From the NCBI GenBank assembly GCA_016699995.1, contig CP064996.1, forward strand, positions 626,963 through 690,962: DNA of 64,000 nucleotides. Direction: 5' to 3'. A model generated the notes under the pieces. That model searched no databases and had not been told where the DNA came from. It saw only the letters and a program-made list of their open reading frames with translations. Numbering within the stretch: position 1 is the first letter of the stretch; the number at the start of each line of letters is the position of its first letter. Source of the DNA: a bacterium (GTDB lineage: Bacteria > Patescibacteriota > Doudnabacteria > UBA920). Positions 45,360 through 54,504 of this stretch are shown one piece after another. The position numbers were made by a program, and so were the translations under genes.

Positions 45360-46451
45360 ATGAACGGATGGGATTATTCCATCAACTTCTCCAGTGAAAT
45401 TCTAGTCGGAGCAGTTGTTTTTGTTGTAGCGATTATCAACCTAATCGTCTTCAATCCATTACAGTCTGAATATGATCACAATGACAACAGCTTATTAGCT
45501 CAGTTATTGCGCTACCATCCAAACCTCAACGAACAATTAGCCGACAAGCAAAATACTATCAGCACTAAAGTAGCCAGTGAAGGCGTATTCTCCCAAGCTA
45601 GCGCCAGCAACAACAGCCTGTTAGGTACGACCGAAGGCGCAGAAATTTTGGCCGAAGAATTTCAAATTGAAGATAGCGGCATTACCAAGCCAAACCCGGA
45701 CAGTATTAAAAGCTTAGCAGCGCGCCAGGTCCAAATTTATAAAACCAAGCCTTTTGATACAGTTTACACCGTTGCTGCTCAATTCGGCCTAACGCCTAAG
45801 ACTATCCGCGAAACCAACAGCTTGCCTAGCAATGCTTTGCTGGCCGATTGGGACTTAATCATCCCTCCTGTAGACGGTGTTGTGATTCAAGTTACCAACC
45901 CAAATCTTACCCTATCTGACGCAGCCCACTACTATTCTGCCGATATTAAGCAGATCGTTGCGCGAAACGGCTTGGAAGACGATGAAGACATGGTGGAACT
46001 AGGCGGCTATTTGGTTATCCCTGGCGGCAGCCTGCCAAAGCCAAAGGTAGCTACTCCGGCTCCGTCTACTACTAATAACAAAAAGTTTACCCCTTCTGTA
46101 CCTCGCTCTGTAACTATAAAAGGTAATCACCGCTTTGCACCAGGATACTGCACAGACTACGTAGCCCGCAATGTGGCCGGCATTACCTGGGGCGGCAACG
46201 CCAACCAATGGATCACCAACGCTAAGGCTCAAGGCGTTAAGGTTGACCGCAATCCGGTAGCAGGCGCAGTACTGGTTACCAGCGAAAACCGACGCTATGG
46301 CCACGTAGCCAAAATTGATAGCGTAAGCGGCGACAAGGTTACCATCTCTGAGTGGAACTATGCCGGCTTGTACAAAAAGACTGTTCGCACTTTGGACATT
46401 AGTGACCCGATCATCAAAGGCGTCATCCATCCAAATCAGAAGTCTAATTAA
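45360..46451 (+). CDS. membrane-anchored peptidoglycan hydrolase: LysM-like repeats + C-terminal CHAP domain
   Basis: N-terminal TM. Two LysM-like modules (YKTKPFDTVYTVAAQFGLTPKTIRETNSL; SDAAHYYSADIKQIVARNGL). CHAP domain with Cys (GYCTDYVARN) and His (YGHVAKIDSV). Confidence 0.75.
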   Translation: MNGWDYSINFSSEILVGAVVFVVAIINLIVFNPLQSEYDHNDNSLLAQLLRYHPNLNEQLADKQNTISTKVASEGVFSQASASNNSLLGTTEGAEILAEEFQIEDSGITKPNPDSIKSLAARQVQIYKTKPFDTVYTVAAQFGLTPKTIRETNSLPSNALLADWDLIIPPVDGVVIQVTNPNLTLSDAAHYYSADIKQIVARNGLEDDEDMVELGGYLVIPGGSLPKPKVATPAPSTTNNKKFTPSVPRSVTIKGNHRFAPGYCTDYVARNVAGITWGGNANQWITNAKAQGVKVDRNPVAGAVLVTSENRRYGHVAKIDSVSGDKVTISEWNYAGLYKKTVRTLDISDPIIKGVIHPNQKSN

Positions 46452-46464
46452 AAGATAAATACTA

Positions 46465-46490
46465 AAACCGCCCTGCTGGGCGGTTTTTTA
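46465..46490. terminator. bidirectional rho-independent terminator
   Basis: AAACCGCCC-tgct-GGGCGGTTT plus TTTTAA between convergent genes. Confidence 0.7.
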
Positions 46491-46522
46491 ATTGCAAAAT
46501 ATTATCATTTACCGAATAATAT

Positions 46523-47254
46523 TTATTTACTGAATGACGGAGGCGGCTCGGTTCGGGAGTTTCGCACCGGAGCTTTATTCTGAAGCAAGATATCGGGATC
46601 GGCCACATAGATGATGCCGATAAAGAATCCCGCAATAAATAATACAATAACAGCAGTAAGCCAGATATTAGCCCGGGCTTTGGCCACCATGGCAAATTTC
46701 GATCCCATTTCACTGCGCACAAAATTTAATTCTCGGTCCACTGCACGGGGCGAAGCATTCTTACGGAGAGTATCGTAGTAGCCCTTATCATGCTTTGGAG
46801 TCGGCGGTGCCAGCAAACGGACCAGGTCGCTGCGCGACACTATGCCAAGCAGCTTATTAGCATGATCTACCACAGGAATAGGACTCTGATTATAATTTAC
46901 AAAAATTTCGGCAAGCTCATCAACCTCAATTTCGGGATGAAGAAAATAGGTATTTCTGCTCATTACATCCTGAGCGCTGATTTTGGTAAGCTGCTGCGCT
47001 GCGTAAGGCAATTCTTTGGCCTGCCCGCTTAAGAACTTGGTATCCTGCAAAACCCTCATGAATCCCGGCAGGTAAAACTTAGAATCACTGGAAAATAATT
47101 CTTTCTCTGTGATCATGCCTAGCACTGTCCCCTGCTCATTAACCACCGGAACGCCATGAAAACCATGACTATGCATTAACTCAGCAACTTCACTGAGCGG
47201 CATAGCAGGAGGGATCGTCATTACTGACTTAGTCATTAAATCACTGACTAACAT
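46523..47254 (-). CDS. CBS-pair domain protein with C-terminal TM anchor
   Basis: Two CBS motifs (LMTKSVMTIPP...GFHGVPVV; VMSRNTYFLHP...IPVVD) and a C-terminal TM IWLTAVIVLFIAGFFIGIIYV. Paralog of 49848-50558. Confidence 0.7.
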   Translation of the reverse strand: MLVSDLMTKSVMTIPPAMPLSEVAELMHSHGFHGVPVVNEQGTVLGMITEKELFSSDSKFYLPGFMRVLQDTKFLSGQAKELPYAAQQLTKISAQDVMSRNTYFLHPEIEVDELAEIFVNYNQSPIPVVDHANKLLGIVSRSDLVRLLAPPTPKHDKGYYDTLRKNASPRAVDRELNFVRSEMGSKFAMVAKARANIWLTAVIVLFIAGFFIGIIYVADPDILLQNKAPVRNSRTEPPPSFSK

Positions 47255-47272
47255 ATGATTTAAATTATTATG

Positions 47273-49090
47273 TTATTTTTTAACGCGGCCGTTACTGGAT
47301 CCACCCGGAAGATTGCTGGTTCCAAGATCGCCCAGCTGGAGACTCTGGCCTTCGCCAGTAAAGTCGTCAGTTGCAGAAAAAGTAATATTTTTAAACAATG
47401 TAATCGCTTGTCCTGCCTGAGAGCTGGACGGAGTTGTCTTTACTGTAAACTCTAGCTTCCGCTGAGGCCTTCCATCGCCGCTATGAGCCAACAATTGGCC
47501 GACATTCCAGGTAAGCTTGCCTGTGGTGGCATCATATTTGACCAAATTCTTTTCTGACTGAGTAATTGAGCTTGTATCCAAAGACACGCCCACTTGAACT
47601 GATCCGGTTAACACCCCATCTCGGAAATCATTGGAACTATTATCAAGGAACAGAGAAACTTTAAAGCTGCTTTCTTTGCCCACAGTCGGCGGCAAGCTGC
47701 CGCCGGCATGATCTACGCTTCCAGTAAGCTTGGCCGGACTAGAGATTTTTATGCTCAAATCTGTCCCAGGAATAAAGGTGCTGTTCTGATTAGATTTTAT
47801 CCGCGGCTTAATTACTACTGTTAAGCTCTCATCGCCAGAATCCGTGGCAGGATCTTTAATCTTAAAACTAAATTTAACTGTACCCGAATCATTAGGATTA
47901 AGGCTCGACAAAGCTGAAAGAGAAGAGCCGTTCCAGGTTACTGTCTGGTCTTGAACATACCCGGATTCGGTTTTGATGCTGCCTGGCGCAATAGCATCCG
48001 ATTCTATCTGCGCTACCACCTGCGCTCCCGTATTCACAACTTGGGTATTGTTTTGGAATCTAACCTCTACGCTCACCGTATCGCCCGGGTCAACAATGCC
48101 GCCCGCTGCCGTGCTGCCTGTGGTTCTGGCTTCTACCGAGAGAGGCTTAGTTGCTATAGAAGTCGCAAAGCTGGTGCTGGCCTGAGTGAAGTAATTGCTA
48201 TTATCATCCAGTACCAATAGTTCGGCGCGAAAATCGAACGATTGTCCAGACCTAGCGGTTTTAAACGAACCCTGAAAACTAATCTTTCCATTACCATTCG
48301 CCTTGAGCGTGCCAAGATTCCAAATATTATTGCTCAAGGAAGGTTCGGGACTGGCCGATCCGTAAGTGAATCCATTCGGGTATGTGATTTGGATGCGGGC
48401 ATTGTCTATATCTTTGCTCGAACTATTGCGGTAGAACAAATCATACTTTACAACTTCGCTATTATTAGTTTCCTCAGGGCCCGACAAATCCAAAACCACA
48501 TCCGCAGCCACCAATTTGGTAGTATGAGATGCCTCTAAAGTAAATGGTGAATTAAAATTATCAAAGCGGTAACGTAAACGCGCCACCAGCTTCTTTTCAT
48601 CGTTCACATTTCCTTGCGCAGTGGTCTTAATTATCAACGCTGCATTTTGGCCAGTACCTAAATCCGGCACGGCAAAACTGGATCCGGAAAGATTCTCTGC
48701 CTTAGGGGTACTTGTGCTATAAGTAACTCCTTCGTCATACACCAGCTCGAGATTCATATCCACCAGCTTTGAAGGATCCTGATTCAAAATTTTTACTTTA
48801 TAAATGAGTTCGCCGCCGGCTTGGGTTGTCTCTGGCGCGTCAATGGTCATCTCTACTTTAGCTTTTTGAGTGCGCTCTTCCTGTCTGGGCCAAAATGCGA
48901 ACGCAGCCAAAGCCCCGATAATAAGTACGCCAACAATAATAGCAGCTACATACCATTTGTTGGCTGCTAAAAAGGCTCTAAAACGAGAAAAGCCGCTCTC
49001 ACCCACAGGCGGAGTCGGTTCGGGCGGAGTCAGATCGAATTGATTAGGACTATCCGGACCTTTTACTTGTTGAGGAGTGAAGTCTTCCAT
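47273..49090 (-). CDS. single-pass membrane protein with large beta-rich extracellular repeat region
   Basis: 605 aa. Pro-rich cytoplasmic N-terminus, TM (YVAAIIVGVLIIGALAAFAFW), then a Ser/Thr/Asn-rich beta-sandwich-like ectodomain (DUF11/CARDB-like by composition only). Confidence 0.55.
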   Translation of the reverse strand: MEDFTPQQVKGPDSPNQFDLTPPEPTPPVGESGFSRFRAFLAANKWYVAAIIVGVLIIGALAAFAFWPRQEERTQKAKVEMTIDAPETTQAGGELIYKVKILNQDPSKLVDMNLELVYDEGVTYSTSTPKAENLSGSSFAVPDLGTGQNAALIIKTTAQGNVNDEKKLVARLRYRFDNFNSPFTLEASHTTKLVAADVVLDLSGPEETNNSEVVKYDLFYRNSSSKDIDNARIQITYPNGFTYGSASPEPSLSNNIWNLGTLKANGNGKISFQGSFKTARSGQSFDFRAELLVLDDNSNYFTQASTSFATSIATKPLSVEARTTGSTAAGGIVDPGDTVSVEVRFQNNTQVVNTGAQVVAQIESDAIAPGSIKTESGYVQDQTVTWNGSSLSALSSLNPNDSGTVKFSFKIKDPATDSGDESLTVVIKPRIKSNQNSTFIPGTDLSIKISSPAKLTGSVDHAGGSLPPTVGKESSFKVSLFLDNSSNDFRDGVLTGSVQVGVSLDTSSITQSEKNLVKYDATTGKLTWNVGQLLAHSGDGRPQRKLEFTVKTTPSSSQAGQAITLFKNITFSATDDFTGEGQSLQLGDLGTSNLPGGSSNGRVKK

Positions 49091-49098
49091 TTACTTAA

Positions 49099-49845
49099 TT
49101 ATATCACGAGAAAATAGCTAGGGGCCCGTAATTCGCGCTCAAGCTGAAAACTGGCAAATTTTGTAAGCAGCATCAACAGTTCTTTAACATCTGATTCTCT
49201 TGCATCTAGCACATCGGCAGCCCCCCTATTTTCATGTATTACAGATTCTGGACTAAGCAAATCCTTCAACATGTTATAAGCTGAACGAGAAATGCTTTGC
49301 CCTGCGCCGGACGAGTAGTCCAAGCTAAAGCTGCCATCACTATAACTAAAATATATCTGCTTAAAATCCGGGACAGGGCGTTGCTCCAAAAGCCTAGGAG
49401 CAAACCCAAGAGCGATCAAACTGTGCAGGTAAAATTCCGACACAACCTGCGGGCTTTGTTGAGGATGATCGTTGAGCTGCCGAAGACTATGGTTATAGAT
49501 CCTATATAAATCAGAGTTAGGCTGGCCATCTGCCAACGAACGCAGAACAAGCTCCTGCATGGCCAAAACAGCATGCATAGCCAGCGAGCTTTGCATGACC
49601 TCTGCATATTTTTCAATTAATACTACGTTGATGACTTTAGCCAAGCCGCCGTTGCCAGCCAATGTAATTTTAACCAGGTTATAAGGCTGCAGGTTGCCGC
49701 TCAGCTTGCTGGTCATTTTTTTGGCCGATTTTACCATAGCCCTCACCTTGCCTTCGTCCTCTGTTAAAAAAGTGAGGAGCAAATCTGCCTCACTTAGGTC
49801 CTGGCTCTTGATTATGAATCCGCTAAGGACTCTTTCGGTGGACAT
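49099..49845 (-). CDS. recO: DNA repair protein RecO-like
   Basis: 248 aa. N-terminal OB-fold pattern (LSGFIIKSQDLSEADLLLTFLTEDEGKVRAMVKSAKK) and a helical C-terminus. Short for RecO, but the pattern and the recG/recX/radA content support the call. Confidence 0.6.
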   Translation of the reverse strand: MSTERVLSGFIIKSQDLSEADLLLTFLTEDEGKVRAMVKSAKKMTSKLSGNLQPYNLVKITLAGNGGLAKVINVVLIEKYAEVMQSSLAMHAVLAMQELVLRSLADGQPNSDLYRIYNHSLRQLNDHPQQSPQVVSEFYLHSLIALGFAPRLLEQRPVPDFKQIYFSYSDGSFSLDYSSGAGQSISRSAYNMLKDLLSPESVIHENRGAADVLDARESDVKELLMLLTKFASFQLERELRAPSYFLVI

Positions 49846-49847
49846 AG

Positions 49848-50558
49848 TTACCTTCTCTGATTAGCTGGTGCATAATTTGGACCGCTGTTGTTCTTAAAAA
49901 TATTAGGATCGGCTACGTAAATAATTCCAACAATAAAACCGGTGATAAACAACACCACCGCAGCTGTAACCCAAATATTGGCACGCGCCTTGGCCACATA
50001 AGCAAAAGTCGAGGTAAATTCGCTGTGAGCAAAGTTAACTTCGGAATCGATCATGCGCAACTTGGGCGGCTGTTCCTTATTCGGTATATAAGAGCTTTGC
50101 AACATGGTTGGAGAAAAAAATTTAATCAGGTCGCTGCGGGAAATAACTCCTAATAATTTATTAGTACTGTCTGTAACAGGAACCGGATTAACGCGCTGTT
50201 CGGCAAACATGTGGGATACTTCTTCGATTGTGCTGTCCGGACGGGCATAAGGGATGTTTTGGTTCATAATCTCCTTGGCTTTGGCATTCACAATCTGATC
50301 CACCACATGAGGAAGGTTTTTGCCGCCACCCTGAACATACTCCATATTAGAAAGCATATGGATGTAAGTGGGCAAATACAGATGGGAGTCGGCGGTGATG
50401 AAATCACGTTCAGAAATAGTTCCTAAAACCCTGCCTTCTTCGTTCACAACCGGCACGCCTGTAAAGTGGTGGGAGTGCAAAATCTCTGCTACTTCGCTTA
50501 CTAAGGTCTCTGGACCGACGGTGATGACTTTTGAGGTCATTAAATCTTTGGCTAACAT
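49848..50558 (-). CDS. CBS-pair domain protein with C-terminal TM anchor (paralog)
   Basis: Same architecture as 46523-47254. C-termini are nearly identical (FAYVAKARANIWVTAAVVLFITGFIVGIIYVADP vs FAMVAKARANIWLTAVIVLFIAGFFIGIIYVADP). Confidence 0.7.
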   Translation of the reverse strand: MLAKDLMTSKVITVGPETLVSEVAEILHSHHFTGVPVVNEEGRVLGTISERDFITADSHLYLPTYIHMLSNMEYVQGGGKNLPHVVDQIVNAKAKEIMNQNIPYARPDSTIEEVSHMFAEQRVNPVPVTDSTNKLLGVISRSDLIKFFSPTMLQSSYIPNKEQPPKLRMIDSEVNFAHSEFTSTFAYVAKARANIWVTAAVVLFITGFIVGIIYVADPNIFKNNSGPNYAPANQRR

Positions 50559-50631
50559 AGTTTTATTATATCAGAAAAGCCACCGAAAACGGTGGCTTTA
50601 AAGGATTTTTTATGAATTTATCGGGGAGTAA

Positions 50632-50935
<304 letters not shown>

Positions 50936-50981
50936 GGTTAAAAAGGGACTGTTCATTTTTATTAATTATACTAATAATAAA

Positions 50982-51239
50982 TTATTTGCCGCAGAGCCAA
51001 AGGCAAGGCTGGCTGTCTGCGGAGGCAGAGGTGGCGGTAGGACGCTTATCGGTGTCTATTAGGAAATTTTGAATAATCTCCTTTGCCTCAGCTTCACTCT
51101 TAGCCTGAGCAATGGCATTAGAAAAAGCAGCCATTTTTTTGTCTAATTGACGCTCCAGATAAGTAGTCCAACCCAGCAAAATGGCACTGGTGACTAAAAC
51201 CATAACTAAGGCATATTTTAAACCTTGTACTGCGTTCAT
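50982..51239 (-). CDS. small hypothetical membrane protein (3' end may be corrupted by adjacent artefact)
   Basis: 85 aa with one TM (LKYALVMVLVTSAILLGW). Stop lies 47 nt from the G/C block. Confidence 0.35.
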   Translation of the reverse strand: MNAVQGLKYALVMVLVTSAILLGWTTYLERQLDKKMAAFSNAIAQAKSEAEAKEIIQNFLIDTDKRPTATSASADSQPCLWLCGK

Positions 51240-51254
51240 GAGATGATTAGATAA

Positions 51255-51416
51255 TTATTCAGAAACCTTAACTGTTGCATTCACCGTGGCTACGTCACTA
51301 AACAAAGGATGCTTTGCTTGGGTATCGTATAGGCCTATCAAAAGCCCTCCTGCTATCAATCCCGCTACAAAAGCAAATATCGTTTGTCTATAAATAAAAG
51401 ATACTGGTTGATTCAT
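51255..51416 (-). CDS. possible small TM protein (53 aa)
   Basis: Own translation: MNQPVSFIYRQTIFAFVAGLIAGGLLIGLYDTQAKHPLFSDVATVNATVKVSE. Below the ORF-track cutoff. One hydrophobic helix. Confidence 0.25.
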   Translation of the reverse strand: MNQPVSFIYRQTIFAFVAGLIAGGLLIGLYDTQAKHPLFSDVATVNATVKVSE

Positions 51417-51498
51417 TATAAATGTTTAATCAGCTGTATCTTAATTATAACCTGTTTTTGCTGCCGATTTAGTAACTTTTCATCTGGAATGTGGATAA

Positions 51499-52860
51499 CT
51501 AAACTCCCACTAGACCAAGCCAGATTCCGACGCCGTTTACGCTGGTCTGGACTTCATAGTCAACTTCCACTTCGAGGCTGGTTTTAACCTGGTTGATAAA
51601 GGTCTTTTTGCGGTCCACAATGATGGTCAATACGTTGGCCAAATTTTCATCGGCGGTTGTGTAATACAAATCAACTAGCTGCCCCACCTGAAAACCGCTT
51701 TTCTTGCGCAAATCCTGAATGGCACGCTCTAATTCTCGCGCTAAGCCTTCATTCTTTAATTCCGGCGTAATTTCCAAGTTCAAACCAACGCTCAATTTTC
51801 CTTCAGATTTAACTGCCCAGTTGCTGCGCTCAACAACTTCGGCGCTGGTGACCTTTTTTACATTCAGCTCCTCCGCCAAAATAGCTTCGAGGGACGAGTC
51901 CAAAGCCTGACCTTCTTCGCCAAAACTATACTGCAATTCTCCCAGTGGTTGACGGACCTTTAGATTCTGCTCCTTGCGCAAGGACAAGCCGAGCTCAACC
52001 AGGCTGCGCATCGCTTCCATTTCTTCCAGAACGCTCTCCCTGTAATCGCGCACCTCGCTCCACTTGGCCAAGTGCACAGATTTTTCTCCTGTTAGATCCC
52101 TATAAATTTGTTCGGAAATGTACGGCATGATCGGGGCAAGCATTTTAGAGATTTCCACTAGAGTAAAGCCAAGCACAGACAAAGCTGCCTTGGAGTCTTC
52201 ATTACCGGCCTTCATGCGATCGCGGCTGCGTCGAACGAACCAAGTAGAAAGCTCTGTTACCAAGTCGCTCAAAGCGCGCCCCGTCTTGGTAGTGTTATAG
52301 CGGTCCATTTGTTCGGTAACTTCTTTGTGCGCGGCGGCCAACTTAGTGAGCATCCACACATCCATGCTGTGAGTTACATTTGGAATTTCTGTACTGACTT
52401 TGTCCTGGCTGTACATGCGGAAAAATTTAAAGGTATTCCACAAAATTAAACTCAGCTTGCGGTTTACTTCCGAAACCCCCGTCTCGGAGAAGCTTAAATC
52501 CTCTCCGGCAACCACCGGGCTGTTAACTAGATAGAACCGAATCGGATCCATGCCATAGCGTTCAATCAGTTCGTACGGATCCGGGAAGTTGTTCTTGGAT
52601 TTGCTCATCTTGCTACCGTCTTCAGCCAGAATCGTACCGGTAGTTACCACATTCTTAAATGGAGCTTTATCGAACAATATCGTACTCATCACATGCATCA
52701 CATAAAACCACGCGCGCGTCTGAGGAATGTATTCTGCCACAAAGTCAGCCGGCATGCGCTGTTCAAACAATGCCTGGTTCTCGAAGGGAGCGTGAAGCTC
52801 CGCAAAGGGCATGCTGGCAGATTCCACCCAGCAATCCACCACTTCCGGAATGCGTGTCAT
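51499..52860 (-). CDS. ileS: isoleucyl-tRNA synthetase, C-terminal fragment (KMSKS + anticodon-binding); frameshifted relative to N-terminal fragment
   Basis: RIPEVVDCWVESASMPF (like E-x-DV-DvWFdSG) and KMSKSKNN. The frame opens only after a TGA at about 52905. Confidence 0.75.
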   Translation of the reverse strand: MTRIPEVVDCWVESASMPFAELHAPFENQALFEQRMPADFVAEYIPQTRAWFYVMHVMSTILFDKAPFKNVVTTGTILAEDGSKMSKSKNNFPDPYELIERYGMDPIRFYLVNSPVVAGEDLSFSETGVSEVNRKLSLILWNTFKFFRMYSQDKVSTEIPNVTHSMDVWMLTKLAAAHKEVTEQMDRYNTTKTGRALSDLVTELSTWFVRRSRDRMKAGNEDSKAALSVLGFTLVEISKMLAPIMPYISEQIYRDLTGEKSVHLAKWSEVRDYRESVLEEMEAMRSLVELGLSLRKEQNLKVRQPLGELQYSFGEEGQALDSSLEAILAEELNVKKVTSAEVVERSNWAVKSEGKLSVGLNLEITPELKNEGLARELERAIQDLRKKSGFQVGQLVDLYYTTADENLANVLTIIVDRKKTFINQVKTSLEVEVDYEVQTSVNGVGIWLGLVGV

Positions 52861-54499
52861 TGTCGCTGCGCCCCACAGGGCTAGGTGCCGCTGATTCGCA
52901 CTTAGCGCACTTCAGCTTTACTTTATCGATATAGGGCTTATGCAGATCCAAAGCATTCAAATCATTCGGGTCATAATTTGGATAAACTTCATCGAAGTTA
53001 ACTGACCGCTCCTGCAATTCGGCGATTGAGCCAACACAAACTACGTTATCGCAGCTTTCTGAATCGCATTTCCAAAACGGCAGCGCGGTAGCCCAATAGC
53101 GATTGCGCGAAATATTCCAGTCCGGCGCATTGGTAATGCCTTGGGCAAAGCGGCCTTCTTTTAAGTGCTCCGGATACCAGCTCACATTCTGGTTCAGCTC
53201 AAGCAAGCGCGGCTTCACCTTCTGGATATTAATGAACCATGCAGACAATGCGGAATAATACAAAGGAGTGCCGCATCTCCAGCAGTGCGGATAGCTGTGG
53301 GTAAAGTTGAGCAGTTTGTAAACCAAGCCTTTTTCGCCAAGCTCTGCCAGTACAATCTTATCTGCATCTTTAAAGAATTTGCCCTGCAAAGACATTGGGG
53401 CAGTGTCTAAAAATTCACCCTTATTGTCGAGCATTTGCTGGCGGGGCAAGTTGCGGTTCTTGGCAGCTACGTAATCTACTTCTCCGTACATCGCTGCATT
53501 ATGAACGATGCCCGTACCGTCTTCTACGGTCACATAGTCTTCAATGTAAATCTTCCAGGCGGTGTTGTCCGGATTCTGAATGACGTTGGCGTACAACGGT
53601 TCATAAGACAACCCTTCCAGCGAACGGCTGGACACTTCCATCTTTACTTCGTACTCGCCTTCTAAAATTTCCAAACGGTCTTTAGCTAAAATGTAATTTT
53701 GGTTGTTTTGTTCTACCACTACGTAAGTTATGTCGGGACCGATATTCAGCGCCGTGTTGCCGGGCAATGTCCAAGGAGTTGTCGTCCAAGCCAAAGCGAA
53801 AGTATTGTCGTTGGTTAAGAAGTCGACGATGCGCTGGCCGGGGGTCAGTTTGAACTTAACAAACACTGATGTTTCGGTAACATCCTGGTAGCTGTTATCC
53901 ATCGCAACTTCAAAGTTAGACAGCGGGGTTTCGCAGCGGCTGCAGTACAAAAGCACTTTATTGTCTTCGTAGATCAAGCCTTTATCCCAGGTTTGTTTAA
54001 GAGCCCACCACACGCTTTCCATAAAAGTGGTGTCCATGGTCTTATAGGAATTTTCAAAATCCACCCAGCGCGCCATGCGCTCTACCATCTGGCCCCAGTC
54101 GGCAACGTAAGTGAGTACGTTTTCGCGGCAGGCGGCATTAAACTTATCTACGCCGATTTCTTCGATCTGCTTTTTGCCGGAAATCTGCAGCTTTTTCTCA
54201 ACGATATTTTCGATCGGCAAACCATGGCAATCCCAACCCCACACGCGACGCACATATTTGCCTTTCATAGTTTGGTAGCGTCCGAACACATCTTTTACCG
54301 TGGAGCCCAAAATGTGGCCATAGTGAGGTTGGCCAGTTGCAAATGGCGGACCATCATAAAAAATAAACGGTTCACCGTCTTTAGTCTGTTCTAGCGACTG
54401 CTCGAACATGCTTTGCTCTTTCCAGTATTTTAAAACTTCCAGCTCCTGCTGGTTAAAATCCAAAGCGGTTCCTTTATGTTGTTCTGTATTTTCGTTCAT
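52763..54499 (-). CDS. ileS: isoleucyl-tRNA synthetase, N-terminal fragment (HIGH catalytic + CP1 editing); eukaryote-like type 2 signature
   Basis: FYDGPPFATGQPHYGHILGSTVKD (HIGH) and WGWDCHGLPIE. Ends ...KLKCAKCES, then out-of-frame residues. Overlaps the C-terminal fragment by 98 nt in another frame. Confidence 0.75.
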   Translation of the reverse strand: MNENTEQHKGTALDFNQQELEVLKYWKEQSMFEQSLEQTKDGEPFIFYDGPPFATGQPHYGHILGSTVKDVFGRYQTMKGKYVRRVWGWDCHGLPIENIVEKKLQISGKKQIEEIGVDKFNAACRENVLTYVADWGQMVERMARWVDFENSYKTMDTTFMESVWWALKQTWDKGLIYEDNKVLLYCSRCETPLSNFEVAMDNSYQDVTETSVFVKFKLTPGQRIVDFLTNDNTFALAWTTTPWTLPGNTALNIGPDITYVVVEQNNQNYILAKDRLEILEGEYEVKMEVSSRSLEGLSYEPLYANVIQNPDNTAWKIYIEDYVTVEDGTGIVHNAAMYGEVDYVAAKNRNLPRQQMLDNKGEFLDTAPMSLQGKFFKDADKIVLAELGEKGLVYKLLNFTHSYPHCWRCGTPLYYSALSAWFINIQKVKPRLLELNQNVSWYPEHLKEGRFAQGITNAPDWNISRNRYWATALPFWKCDSESCDNVVCVGSIAELQERSVNFDEVYPNYDPNDLNALDLHKPYIDKVKLKCAKCESAAPSPVGRSDNDTHSGSGGLLGGICQHALCGASRSLREPGIV

Positions 54500-54504
54500 A
54501 ATTT

